A DNA stretch of 64,000 nucleotides from Trichoplax adhaerens (lineage: Eukaryota; Animalia; Placozoa). A model generated the notes under the pieces. That model saw only the letters and a program-made list of their open reading frames with translations, had not been told where the DNA came from and did no database searches. The DNA lies in NCBI RefSeq assembly GCF_000150275.1, contig NW_002060945.1, positions 3,123,172 through 3,187,171 on the forward strand. Direction: 5' to 3'. Positions 13,204 to 27,261 of the stretch are shown one piece after another. The translations under genes were made by a program, and so were the position numbers. The number at the start of each line of letters is the position of its first letter. Within the stretch, counting starts at the first letter, position 1.

Positions 13204-15347
13204 AATTATTGAAATCAAACCATCAAAAGAGACGCTGTCTTTAAACTATTCAAAATGTCCTACTGTTATATCAACGAACCATTAATACTACTATGGATAA
13301 AAATGAAGCTTTGGCAACATTTGCACTTATTTATTAGAATTGATCGTCACACTACAGGTTGCAAAATAACAGAGTTCCTAAAAGTGTTGAAGGAATCGAG
13401 AATCGATCAACAAACACATTGGGGTATTATAAATTCTTATTCTTATAAGCTAGCGATTCGTTTATCCCATCTCTTACTGTATGATACTGTAAATATTTGT
13501 TTCGATTGTTGTTGTATACTGCAAAAGTTTATAACGACATGATATCTATATATCATGTCCTTTCTGGATTGGTGCGCTGATTACTACTATGATTGTCGGA
13601 TATCTTTTTTGATTTATAGTAAAGTTCAACTGTATGCAGCATTATTTGTACATCTAATCATGCTTCAGTTATATTTGATTATATTGTAGCCTTTTTCATT
13701 CAAATGATGTTGCCAAATAGTACATGTATATTTAGTTATTTAATTTCTACCGTAACTGGATCTAATGATTAAAAAATTTAACTTTTGTAATCAATGTCTA
13801 ATTTGGTCGTAAACTTAACCCTCATCGGTATAGACTTTACGAAGTACTAATATGACTTAATTCCTCTGAAAGCTTATCACAACACTCTAAAAATAGGATT
13901 TGGTTACGAAATTACGCAAGGGTGATTTGTTACCTTGAATTTCAGAATTACACAACAGGCTCATTGTAAAGCCTAAGCTTATTAGGACCCTAGACGCCTA
14001 GTTTGCGTTCCTAATATGTACATGATGTATTCGTCGTATGTACAAAGGCAAGAATGTACTTTTTTAGTCACCTTTACATTCAGAATCGGTTAAATAACCC
14101 AATTATAGTATGAAAAGTATTACGATGAGGTATAGTGTGTCATCACTTTGATTGATGAATTTAAGTATGGACTACTCTAGATACGTATATCTAGTAATCC
14201 ATGGTTTGAGTAATGCTTGAATTGAGTAAAAAGTCGGTTACACCTTTTGCTAAATATTTTACATCGTTTGTTAAGCAAAAGAAGAGTCGTATTAAGCGTA
14301 ACATATACATACTTATAAACGGTATAATAAATGCCTACGGGGAAATATGCGATGAACGTTAAGGAAAATTTATTTAGTGTACCTTATGTATCCGATATAA
14401 TATTTATATAGGGTAGCAAGACATGGTATTATAACTTCTAACAAAGTTTCTTTCATCTGTTTCCTTGGTGGTATGCTTTACAAGAAATGCAAGCCAAAAT
14501 TCTACACGTAGAATCTTATCCCTGAGTTTTATGCATTATTTAAATAAGCTTTAATTTTATAATTTATAATTGTCTCTGCAGGAATACGATGGCTTGCAGT
14601 TAATTTACTTTTGAAACTAGAAATATACTTTGCTACTAAGTTTTTTCTATTACGATACAACTAGATACATTAAGTAAAGTTTATAAAACTGATCTTGATA
14701 TAATTTATTAAGATGACTCTTTCCGATACCTTGTCAGTATGTGAGTGGTATAATCTTAAAATTGGCACCGAGAATTTATCGACATAATTTTAAAGTTTCT
14801 TTATCAGATCTTACTGCAGAGATTGATAGCATGATTTTAAGTTTTCATTTGTTAAAACTTCCTTGTTGCCTTGCCCACCACTTATACAATTAGTCTATAA
14901 ACGAATTGGGTGGGAATTATCGTATAGAGAAGAATATGGACGTATACAAGATATCTCTTCAATAATTTTGTATTTTTAAAAACTTTATTTAACAGCAGTA
15001 ATGAATATATTTCATGATTGTTTCATCATATGAGAACTTATCTTATGAGCATATATTAACAATGATAAAGTCACTGAGAGGAGATATTTATTCCATGTGA
15101 CAGTATATTGCCAATAACTTTTATACGATTTTATGCAGTAATTGTTATTAGTAACTGCTCACTAACACAGATAATTTTTCAAGGCAAATCTTAAGTATTA
15201 AAATAGTGTACAGTATGTATATATAGACGTAATCTGTATGTACAACTGGACTAGGCTATCTTTATCAACTGTTCTAGTACACCTTCTCATATTGAATTTA
15301 AAGGTTTTAAGAAAAGCTACTCAGAACCTGTTAAAAATGATCTTTAG

Positions 15348-15583
15348 AGATTTGCTATAGTAAATTCGTAATTCTTAGAAGTTTAAAAGTTAAAAGTATT
15401 GATATAATCATCCGATATCGAGTCGATAAATGGAAATTTATTTTCCCCTTTCTATAGCCATGCCTACGTAAAGATTTGCTATAGTAAATTCGTAACTATT
15501 AAAAGCTTATAGTTGAAAAGTATTGATGTAATCATCCAATATCGAGTCGATGAATGAAAATCTATTTTCCCTTCCCAGCTATA
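15348..15583. repeat. Direct repeat of about 124 bp, 2 copies, in the 3' region of Hv-A
   Basis: AGATTTGCTATAGTAAATTCGTAA...AAAAGTATTGATRTAATCATCCRATATCGAGTCGAT at 15348 and 15472. Confidence 0.85.
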
Positions 15584-15602
15584 GTTACACTACAGCTGTA
15601 TT

Positions 15603-17359
15603 TTAAACGATAGAAATGACAGATGAGCTGTTTGGAGGTATGGCAGTTGGATACTCCGTTGCATCTAGCTCATCAGGTAATAACAAATCTTCAGGAATAG
15701 GGATATCATTTTCGACTAGTAGCGCCTATATGAGTATCCAGTTAGCCCAAATGAGTGGAAGTAAATCAATGATAAAATATACGGTAAATAGTAAAGAAAC
15801 TTATACACTTTTACCACCTAAACAGACGAAACTTAAACTATGATGGTTACTTATATCAAGCATTGCAAGAGTATCGACCTGACAATGATGCAATTTCGAT
15901 GTCAAATTGGCAATAAGTATCCGCTTCTGCTTTAGTTTATGATCGTGTTTTTCTTCCATTTCAGCTTTAACAGATACTACAATACCTATATAAAAGCAAA
16001 AGGCATGAATTGATCAACTGCATAAAAGTAAACGTCAAATATATCAGCTAGTTCATCGTTTAATAGTTGGTCTTATAGATCTGTGTTGTTATAAGATAGA
16101 ATTATGATAGTTTCAAATTGGCCTTATATTGAAGATCATTGTATCTATCATGCCTACTGTTGATAATCCTTGTAATACGCCATAGCCGCAATATCATTAA
16201 TAAGTTGATACCTTCAAATGCTAAATGGGAATAGTGGACATGACTAGAATAGAAAAATTAAATGAACAGATAAATCAATCGTTGAAATTCTGTTAAAGTG
16301 CAAATTAATATTGTTCCAAAATATACTATGATTGCTCACATGTAAAAAACATCTAGAATAAGGGAGATACAAACTATGAGGGCATCGAAAACTTCCAAAT
16401 AATACAAGAAAAATACAAGCCTAAAGGCGTAAATCTTCAATACAAACTGGAAGAGAAAATGAGAAAACTTAAAAAAAGTACTCCAATTTCAGTCATAGTT
16501 CAAATTCTTACTTCAATAACAAAGATGCCCAATATGGATATGCTAATAAAATGAAATCCAAGTACCACTGGACTATCATGATGGGCTAATCAAAGTAAAT
16601 TATCAAATATTAATATCTTTTAAGCGATTCCCTTGATAATATAACGCAGAGATACAGGATTTATGTAAAACAAATTATGCGATGATTATCAGAAAATGGC
16701 ATTGATTAGGATAGTAGTAGAGTTTTGCCTGCAATTTCCGTTCTATAGTCGCGTACTTACTTTCAATAACTTGTAAATCGATTAATAATTCGGCTATAAC
16801 GATTAGGAGGTCAATGACTACTAAAATAATAATTGTAGTATGGAACTTATGACTAAAAACAATTCGCTGCAATCGCTCCCTTTAGTAGAACAGAATCAAG
16901 GACACAATTAATATCAAGTGTATATTGCCAACGTTGAGACTCCTTGCCAGAGCAATAGCATTCTATTGATTTATAAAAGAGCTACTGTTTTGTACTAGTT
17001 AAATCAGATTTTAACAGTATTATTTTATTTGATCAATTATCAAAAGATATCCAGTAAAATAAGCTATGAGTCGTATATCTGACTTGAAATCCTCTACTTT
17101 TAATTAAAACAAAACGTAATTTCCAATAAGGGGTAGAAAATCATTTTGCTTTTAAGATCATAGCATCAGAGTTGGCATATAATTGTATCTAACATTGAAA
17201 CAAACTATTCCTAATTATAGCAGTTTCAAAGTATAATTTATTTTTTATAGTGAAATAACTTATTTTTAGATCTTTATACCTGGTAGACAGGTCTTCTATC
17301 GGTCCTGTTGGTACGACTGTAGATAGCCCATCAACGATATCTGTCTGGGAGTTACTCAT
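15603..17359 (-). CDS. HVCN1: Voltage-gated proton channel Hv1-like, paralogue A (7 coding exons)
   Basis: Spliced translation: MSNSQTD...(17359-17280); RERLQRIVFSHKFHTTIIILVVIDLLIVIAELLIDLQVIE (S1, Asp filter; 16879-16761); THHDSPVVLGFHFISISILGIFVIE (S2); FVLKIYAFRLVFFLYYLEVFDALIVCISLILDVFY (S3); IHVHYSHLAFEGINLLMILRLWRITRIIN (S4, RxWRxxR); coiled-coil exon; last exon ALLVENDIPIP...SVISIV*. All junctions are GT-AG and in frame. Confidence 0.93.
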
Positions 17360-20300
17360 ATTGAAATCCTAGAATGGTTTGACAATAATTTAATTTTCTA
17401 TAGTGGGTTTCGTTTAGCAAAATAACAGTAGAGTTGAAGACTTTAAATCCAATCACTGTTATGTTTTATTTCTTGAAATGACTAGAAATATCATTGAATA
17501 ATAAGCTCTATTCCATTAACTTGCTGGTAATAGCTTACAGTACTAAGCAAAACTAATACCGATCGATTTAGACCATCAAAATGCTATTTGACTAAAGGTA
17601 AAGATTTACTCCTTCTGAATTAAAGACTGAGTAGCTAAGATATCAGTCATAGCTTGATGCAAGTTATAATGTCCTAAAAATAATTCGATACAAACAATTA
17701 ATTCGGGGTATCGGATAGCGTATCTTCTAACGCTAATATATAATGCAAATAGAAGCCGTATATCTTGACCGTAGATCACTTTGATATAGATTAATAACTA
17801 AGAGTAAAATAAATACCGATAGTTTAATGCTGCAAACCGTTGTGATGATTACGAATTGAAGGTAACAAAAATTTCTCCCTTTTTTTATAATGATAATCTG
17901 AACAAGCAAAGAATCAGTTTTGGCTATGAAAAGCTATTTTATATGACGACTAGTAAAAACATATAGTATAAATAATTGCTAACTATAATAATGTTGTATA
18001 AATAATTAGCACTATAAGTACAATAAATGACGATAGCCTTACATCTCTAGGCTGATGATTGCTCAATGGTAAGGATTTCTCGCCTTTTGTCATCAAGACC
18101 TGTCTGATTTAGCAAGAAATCTGTAGTGGCTGGCTGGCTGATATTTCCTGGAAATATTAGTGATAGGGAACAAATGAATACTTTTCATTAAGCCACAGCT
18201 AGGTTGGGTCTTCAAGGACTGATTTGCTCGTTTATACTTCTTTTGATCTACTGATATTGGAAAATATGGTCGCATAAAAGGAAAATATGCCTACCATATG
18301 ATAGAGAATAGACCTTACAACCAACTTCACTAGTCGTGATATTCATGACTTATAATAATTACGTCATTCAAATGTAATAATAATTATAAATTAATAATTC
18401 TTTCTACTGATATTTACTTATTTATTAATTATTGCTTCAAGGAATTGTTTAATAAAATTTTATAGAGTATGAGTATTCATTAGAATAAAGATTTTACTGT
18501 ACCTCATTAAACATGATCATCACGATAAAGATTTAGTTTTATCGCCTATATGTTAGATAACCTTAAAATCAGAAATTTTGATAGCTATAGCTTGTAGTAA
18601 GTGAGTAACTTTTACTATCGAGATCTTCTTATGCAATCGTAATGATTCATTAGTATACTTAAAACCTACCTTAATCACATTCAAATCATATGTGGATTAG
18701 ACAGTAGTGTCATGCACTTAATGAATAATTTTTAATATTGACACTTTTATGATGATCAATTACTGCTTTAAAGTGCCGATTAATGATATTTTCAGAATAG
18801 CATTCGTTATGGTAAGAAACTCCTTTACTACTCGATGAATTTACATTCCAGACAAATCAATAGACTTTCACTATTAATACTTGCTTAAAGTACTAGTTGA
18901 TTATATTTTTTGGAATATTTATATTCACCATCTATACATTAGCCATCCTGAACTCTCGTTAGGGTTGGACAGCAGCATCTTGCAGTAAATGAATAATTAC
19001 GAGTATTAATACTGACTTATATAGCCAGCGTTATTGTGTTTAAGGTATAATATCAATTTTGGTGATATTCTTCTGGATATACCATTCGATGCCCATACTT
19101 CAACCATATTGAAATTCCAACAAGATTGACACTAGTATGATAAAGTAAATGAATAATTAGGTAACAATATTTGCTTATACAGTGGCCATATTTAATGATT
19201 GTGTTTAAAATATCGTCAAATGTATTCTTACCCTAACCCTAACAAGAAGCCTAAGCTGATACTTTTAGAATATCAATGTTCCTGAAGATATATAATTTGT
19301 TATAAGATGGCTTAGATTTGATCATTGTGATTAAGCTATAGTTCTGTTATTAAAGAATATATTATAACCAAGCTAAAATTTTATAAAACTGAATAGTAGT
19401 GCCTTGCGGGGTTTCTTATTATTGCAATATTAACGTGCGAAAACTTGTTTACTACATACTTGCGTATAGGAAGATTCCTACCAAGTTTTGTATTTGATCT
19501 TCACATGTTTGTTTGTTAATCCGTATCACATGATGACTATATTGCATCATGCTCGTTACTCAACCAGATAAGTAGCTAGTAATAACACCAAAGGTACCGT
19601 TGTAATATCGTCCAGTAATCATCTATTAGAGAATTCTTCTGTTACAATAAAATTTTACCATTACGGTGAAAAAACTATACAAGCATTCTAGCAGGTGTTC
19701 ACATAACTTGAAATCGAACCTGTAAGCAAAAATGGTACTAAGGACTCGCAAAACTAGTGTCCGATAATGTAATAGATTAATATTCATATTTGTTGCTAAA
19801 TTTAAGTAAAGATTTATTTATACTACAAATGAATACCAGAATGATATTGTACATTCAGTTATTTTCTTTAGTATTTACCGAATAGTAATTTCTTCATATA
19901 AGGATTAAAAAAGAATAAGAATTATAGCGATTGAATCATGTATATGTTGGTATTACAATACGTTTTATCATGACTTTAGTAACACTAATGTATTTACTGC
20001 ATATACTTTCTTTTAAATCCTTTCTTATTTTTATACATAAGCTACTCGACATACATGCATAATTACTGGCTTACTATCAACGATTTATAAAGTTACAGTA
20101 CTTACTTTCTCTCTTACGACATATATAAGAAAGGAGATTATGTTAATTTCATCAACATTTAAAAAATTTTTAAATAAACATTGCTATATGTAAATTAAAT
20201 GATTACAAAAAAACTATTTCTCTTTCTGATTTCTTAAAACTGCACCATCTTAATTGAGTAAAGTATATTAAGTACAGCTCAATCTTTATTCCATAGGCTT

Positions 20301-21556
20301 ACATAATCCATCATAGAGTAATTTTTCAAGTTTAAACGAAGCACAGTATCTACAAACCTTGGCATTATAATTATCAGTGGATTAATAGTTATAACCCAAA
20401 GCAAACTCAAATAACCATCACTAGTATCCTCCATTAAATATTTAAGTGTAGTAACCAATAACAGATTGATCCAGTATGCCATAGTATCGCTGATACTATG
20501 GACTGACAAAGTCTTCAGTGGCAATAAAAATGGATCTGTAACATGTGTATCTTGCTATTCGTCATCAGCTTCAAGTCATGCGATAAAGTTATTATGCTTA
20601 TATATAATTAACAATCATTCATCGTGGCATGATCACGCAACATTTTTTTGCTTTTAAAACGCTAATCTGTAACAGAAGGATTGACAATACAATAGAACAC
20701 TGTTTTTATTGCCCATAGTCATAACTTGAATTTACATATTCAAAAAATGAACATTTTCCTTTGTTAAAGGGCCCAGTAAGTAACAAGATTAAAATTAAAA
20801 TCACTAATTACACAAAGGATTAAGATATCTTTTAGTTATAGTGGATATGTATACTCTTAAAATAGAATTTCGTAAAAAAAAGTTACTTCTAAGTGAATAA
20901 GATAAAGTCAAGATCTTTACACCACATAGCACAACATGTTTGTGCAAAGTCGCCTTATACTGTGCGTCCTCGTTTAAGCATTTCGAAAATACTTTTATAT
21001 TGAGTGCGAACGTCGCAAATATCAATTACTCAAGCTAAATATTCGTATAAAAAGAAATCCTACATAAGTTAAAGGATGAAGTCATTGAACACTCCAATAA
21101 AACAAAATGTTAAATGCAGAATTATCGATTTGCAACAGGTTATCATAAACGTACAACACCATATGTAGATTTATAATCGCTACATAAGTCACACACCCTG
21201 GGAAATAAATTTTAAGATATAGTACATAATAGAGCACAATCTATAGTGTAAAAAGTTTGTAGGCTAAAATACATTTTACTGTCTAGGTTATAACAGCTAT
21301 ATCTATAATAACTGCATCGTTAGGGTAATAGTAATACTAAATTATTGCTAGCTTCATTTGTACACTAAGTTTCTGTTACAATAGCAATTAATTACCTGAC
21401 TATTTCGAACTGTTTTAACTTTATTGTGTGTTTCTATTCTATTAATTTTTGTAACGTACTTACAAACACATAACGATTATTTTGTTTTAATAAAAGCAGA
21501 TTTCAATCTTTAACAATTTAACGTTAAACGTACTGTAATAGCTCAGATTTATAATC

Positions 21557-23479
21557 TTAGCCAATGTAAGCCGATGATGTAGACTTTGCTGACGAGCCTG
21601 CAATATCCTATAATTAATTAATTCGCATGAAAAAATTACTGAATGTAATGAATGATTTATTAATATCAAGTAACTTATTCGTTGTCAAATTTTCATGCTA
21701 CTGCATCGACTTATAATATACAGTATTTAATATTATTAATGAAAATTTTTCCTTACTAAATAATCCATGTAACTTACAACAGTAATTTCTTCCGATGCTG
21801 AACCGTTGGCTTGAGCAGTACTGTTTCCATTTAAATCTACCTCGAGAAGGGGTTTCGGAATTGGTATATTTCTGTCCGTTAATACCTTTTTCAGCAGCTG
21901 AATTTCAGCCTAAAGGAAAATTTGACGATCATATATGTTTTATTGTTGTTAATTTATTGCTACAATCTTGTAAGTTAATTTCAATGCAAATTTTAACCTC
22001 TTTACGATCTAATTTTTGTTCCAGGTATGAACGTGTTTTTTCAAGTTCGCGCCTTAAATGATGTATTTTATCGTTGGCTTGTGATTTAACGGAACTTATA
22101 ATACCTGAGATAAATTTATTCCATAGTAGAATATGTTAGAAAGAAAGCTACAAGAATAACATGTGAAAGGAGGATTTCACACTATTTCCGTACCATTGAC
22201 AATCCTTGCTATACGCCACAACCGAAGTACTACAAGTAATCCGACTCCACTTAAGGCTTCAGAATTTCTAAATGGAACATAGTCATTGAAATAATATTCT
22301 TTAAATTGCAACATTAATTATACTCCTATATGACAGAATTCCTATCGAAAATTCTATTCCTTACGAGTATGCAATATCCAAGACAAAAGAAACAATAACG
22401 ATCAACGCATCAAAAACTTCAAAATAATGTAAGAAGAATGCTAAATCGGATGCATATAGCTTCAGTACGATCTAATAAATAGAATCCATTTAAAAGAACA
22501 TCAGGATTTTACTTTGTCGCCAGATTAGAAATGTATAATTTTTATTCAAGATATATCCTCAAGTACCTACCTCAACAAGAAAAATTGCCAAAATAGCAAT
22601 ACTGGTGAAATGGAATGCACGTGCAAGTGGACTTGTATGATGTACTAAATATTAATTCATCGATCAAATCGATGATGGAAAACCAAACAGGGTCATGAAA
22701 TTATCAAAACTTAGTAGTAGTAATCATTGTCGTTACTAATCATAACAAAACAGCTAATTTGTATGCTTTCAAAACGTGGAAATTTCCCAGTTAATTAGAT
22801 ATACTTACCTTTTATAACACTTAAATCTATCAATAATTCAGCAATAACAATAAGGGCGTCTAATATTACTAGGACCACTATGGCGATATGAACTTTGTGG
22901 CTATATATTAGTTGTCTTAATTTGGCACGATGACTAGAAATAAAATAATGGAGGAGAGATACGTTATTGAATCTTACGACATTGATACAATCACTATTGT
23001 GCTATATTAGCGGCGTATATTCAATAGCACTAATATAGCTACCAACTACTGTATCAAGATATAAGTAACTTACTCAGATCTCCATGTTACTGATTGAGGC
23101 GGATTCATTCCTTCATTATCACCATGTACCGCAAATAACGTTTCACTATTATTGTCACCATCGTCAATCATCTTTTCATAGCTAGATAGAAAGATTGTCC
23201 GTGTTACTGACTAGTATTAGAGCATAGACCATTATCCAATAAAATTACATAATAATATTAATTAAGACAAGATAGTCTAAGCAGTTAATTAATAGCAGCG
23301 GATTTCTACTGAACAATAACCTATAGGATAATATTTCCGTCAGTATTATTTTGTATGTGGCTGCAAATCGTAAACTACCATCCCTCTAAAGACAATTTTT
23401 TAGTCATCGTATTGAAGCCCTTGTTACGTTCTAATCCTTGGTATTGTACATTGGTATTCACTAATCGTTTGATTTTCAT
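21557..23479 (-). CDS. HVCN1: Voltage-gated proton channel Hv1-like, paralogue B (about 9 coding exons)
   Basis: HRAKLRQLIYSHKVHIAIVVLVILDALIVIAELLIDLSVIK (S1); VHHTSPLARAFHFTSIAILAIFLVE (S2); IVLKLYASDLAFFLHYFEVFDALIVIVSFVLDIAYS (S3); ALSGVGLLVVLRLWRIARIVNGIISSVK (S4); coiled coil IHHLRRELEKTRSYLEQKLDRKEAEIQLLKKVL; ends DIAGSSAKSTSSAYIG*. The start could instead be the second Met in exon 1 (about 23407). Confidence 0.94.
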
Positions 23480-25569
23480 CAATAAAGTAATTGCAAGGAA
23501 GGGAAAAATTCAATTCAATGATGTTATTGACTAGTCCTATGCAATATGGTAATAATACACGTATAAGAGTATAGGGTAAGCTAGACTAAAAATATCTACT
23601 GTAGCTAGCTCATAGTAAATTTCAAGTGTAGTTTCTAAAAATTCTGTAGTACAGTATATCGTAGTCACTAAAAAGTATCGTTACAGAGTATTGGTTTGAC
23701 TAAGTTGCTCGTTAGCAATAACTTTCAAATATCGTTTCATAAGCTTTACAATAATTATGATAAATAAGCAAAAGTATCATACAATCAATAAACTATTAGC
23801 AGACCAACAACTAGCCCGTTAATAATAAGTTTAAAATGGAATTAGTAATACGCCACAGTATGTTGTAATTATAATAAATTACTTCTTTTCATGACATTGT
23901 ACGTCTTTGCGTAGCTTTAATGATTCAACAACCACACAATCTATTGATGGTGTAGCTGAATACTGAAATTACAATGTGCCCTAACAGGTTATGCAATAAC
24001 CGTAATGTTATTCAACTTGAGCAAGCCATCTAAATGAGAAAGCAAGGCGTTGGTACAGATCGTCGAAAAAGGCCAATAGAAGAATATTTTAAGCTCTAGT
24101 ATAACTCTATCTTAAGCCCATCAGTTTAACTCCAAGTCATGTATAACGAGACTGAGGAGGTTATGTTTTATTCATGTGTTTAAAGACTACAAATAGGCAG
24201 ATTGATGAAGAAACTAACGCCTGTCTATTTTCAACTACGAGTAAAAGCCATTCGTTTTTCATCTATTTGGTGATATAACAGTTTTGAACTTTACTACAAG
24301 TGAGAAATTGTCTAGTTTTGACTTTCAATCAGCCTCGTTGGCTGACTACATATTTAGATTGTAATCGTCATGATGACAATGGCTTGTAACTGCGATGGAA
24401 ATGAGTGATTCGTTTCTACTCGTAGGTTTCATATTCTATTATTAATATGATTACTATATTATTACAGTCAATCAACTTTCAATAGTGCGTATTTTAATAG
24501 CATATCTAGCCATGATTCCAATTTGGATGTTTATTCTTCCATTCATTAGAGTATGGCTACGTGAGTGCAACTATAAAGGTGAAAATAATGACCATCCTGA
24601 ACAGCAACTTCTTGATGGCGATGTTGGGATGGATACTACAGTATTAGCAGGTTTAGCAAGCATCAAGCGCAGCCATTGACAGTTAAAGGGAGTTATTATT
24701 GCCATCCCTATACCTTATAGCGTTAATATAATAGTAATGGTTAGGATACTATTATCCTGTCAATAAAGAAGTTACTCTTAGCCGCATCAAAAGCCAATTG
24801 ATTGGCATGGCATTAGGGAAACGGTGTTTTGATGCACTTTGATGTATACTTTTGACGAGGAGGGAGGTACCGACTGCTTCATCACTTTCAATAAAGGCCA
24901 TCATGATCGTTGATCATGAAGGCTATCGATTATGGTAAACTGTATCTTGTATCCCATTAAGATAGAACTATTCTATTGGGATTGGATCTCCAACAAGACG
25001 GTCAATGAGAAATTTGGAGATGGTTTAGAGAACGATTGGAATGGACATAATAATATACTGTACAAGAGATATGCAATTTTCGAAATGATTATGATCACCA
25101 TCATCGATTGTCAACACGATCGTAGAACAGTACAATAATGACAGGTCCTTATTCAAGATCGTTAAGATAGGAAAATCATGAGTAAGAATAAAGTGTGCGC
25201 ATAAGAGAAAGAGAGGGAGAGAGAAAAAACTGAAGTAGAACATGGTGCATGCCATAACATTGGACTTATTTTGTTCAGGTTAGTGTGAAGAGAGAACGCT
25301 TACCCTGTCTCCATGTTGAATGTTGAAGGATTGGTGGATCGATCGGGTAACTGTCCCTTGGTGTTGATTCACTTAATTGTACGGAATAATTTCGCGTACT
25401 AGACGTCTACTCCACCAAATAGTAGATTGATGGAAGGAATAGAAGCTGTTCAACGGCAGAATGAAGAAATAGAAGTCCAATCTCGCTATGAAATCATTTG
25501 TTTAGCAGCAAATCATGGAGGAGAAAATGGCTCCAGATCAAGGCGTTGACTTGACAAACAAGAGGGTGG

Positions 25570-26010
25570 TTAGGGGCCAGGCCGAGCAAGTCCTGTACAC
25601 CTATTACAGAAGACCGGCGGGTAGGACACTCTCCAGTACTAGTATAGCACGGTACGTCACGGTACGGGACGCATGATAGTGTACTGGTATCGTCGTGGAC
25701 GACTGGACGACCAGATGCAGTCCTTTGTAGGGGCCAGGCCAAGCTACTCCTGTACAGTGTCGTACACTAGTGTACGACACTGTTAAGTACCAATACGGTA
25801 CGGTACGTTACGGCACGTTACGGTATGGTACGTATGATAGTGTACTGGTATCGTCATGGACGACTGGACGACTAGATGCAGTGGAGTGTCCTTGACTCCT
25901 TGTGAGTACGGGATACGGGGCGTCCAGTACAGTGTCTTGTATGACTGTACAGTACTGTACTGTGCTGTAGGTAGCAGACCAGACCACTAATTAGCAGTGG
26001 TCTGGTACGT
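25570..26010. repeat. GC-richer composite element: diverged ~155-bp direct repeat, perfect 30-bp palindrome and 11-bp-stem hairpin
   Basis: TAGGGGCCAGGCC..CCTGTACA at 25571 and 25728; ATGATAGTGTACTGGTATCGTCRTGGACGACTGGACGACYAGATGCAGT twice; palindrome 25754-25783; hairpin 25978-26006. Confidence 0.75.
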
Positions 26011-27261
26011 ATCAGTCCCGTGTCCTGCATTGACCATGGAAGGCATTGGACGGACTTTTTTGTACCAGATAAGTCGCTCAGTATGGATCTTCCGCGTCTG
26101 TTATCCAAATCACTCGTATTTATTTGAATCACATTGATGATCTAAAGTTACTGCTTCCAAATAGAGCTTAGCAACAGGTAATGGAATGCAATGTAACTGT
26201 ATTTCATTGAGAAAAAAGCAGGCAGTCAATTCACAATCGACTGCCTGCATACTAAAGTACTGTCGTACCAAGCGTTGATCTTGCTGTAATTTGTTGACCA
26301 AATGAGGCCCAGATGTCTGTCCGTCCAAAAGAGTGGTACGTACTATGAGCCCATGACTTGACTGTGCAAGTGCCTATAGTAACATAGATACTCCAGTTTC
26401 AAGTCACGTGAACGCCGATGAAAGCGCTTGAACCTACAGTACTGTACGATGTCGGTCTGTATAGCAATTTTGTCATATTAAATAAACGAAGGAGAGAGCG
26501 ATACTGCCAACAGATCAGAGACTGATTAAGCCCCCTGAGATCACCACAAATTGGAACTTAAAGTTGAATTTACAGCACTTTTCACGACTTAGTATGACAG
26601 GTCTATATACAGTACAGTATACTGTAAATCTGCTGAGCATTCTGATGGCATTTGGCACGGACCACTTCCAGTAGTCCATGGGCAATTGGGCATGGGTGTA
26701 TGCAACTGTACATGTCGCTAGGCAACAGGATCCTCACGCTTATGACCACCGACCGACTTTGTTGTAATAGAACTTCTATAAATCTTGGACTATACATATT
26801 CATCATATAATGAATGAAGTATATAGAGAACTAATTTCTGTTACATAAAAGTTGTCACTTAATCACTGCAAACATTGATATCAATTACTACTAATTTGCA
26901 ATTGCTATTTGATGATTATCAATCATCAATTAATTATCAAGCATGACAATCAAGCCAACATCAATTAAAAGGCAAGAAACCAACAATGAATTCAATCAAG
27001 CCCACGACAACTACTTGTCAGCATCCTTGATTAGTAAAACGCTACGGTAAAATCAAGTCAAGTCTAGAATATGCAATCCCATCTTAGTATAACCGCAAGA
27101 AGAGCTTTAGTAATCGATCCTCCTAGGTTGGAACTATTTTTCTTCTGTTTTAAAGTGAGAACGGACCTGAAACGATAAGGTATACTTTGCGTTTCTCTGA
27201 AGGATAGTAATCAAATTGAGCTCACTCAACAGAAGGTAGTTTCAAAACCTGGCGTTAAACT

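Noticed and set aside
15616-15843. Plus-strand ORF track entries here and at 21795-22061
   Set aside because: Antisense shadows of Hv-A and Hv-B coding exons.
19228-19243. Telomere-like (CCCTAA)2
   Set aside because: Only two units; expected by chance.
17400-21500. A fourth or pseudogenised Hv copy, including ORF 20279-20524
   Set aside because: No S1 or S4 (RxWRxxR) remnants found by eye, and the ORF has no recognisable motifs.
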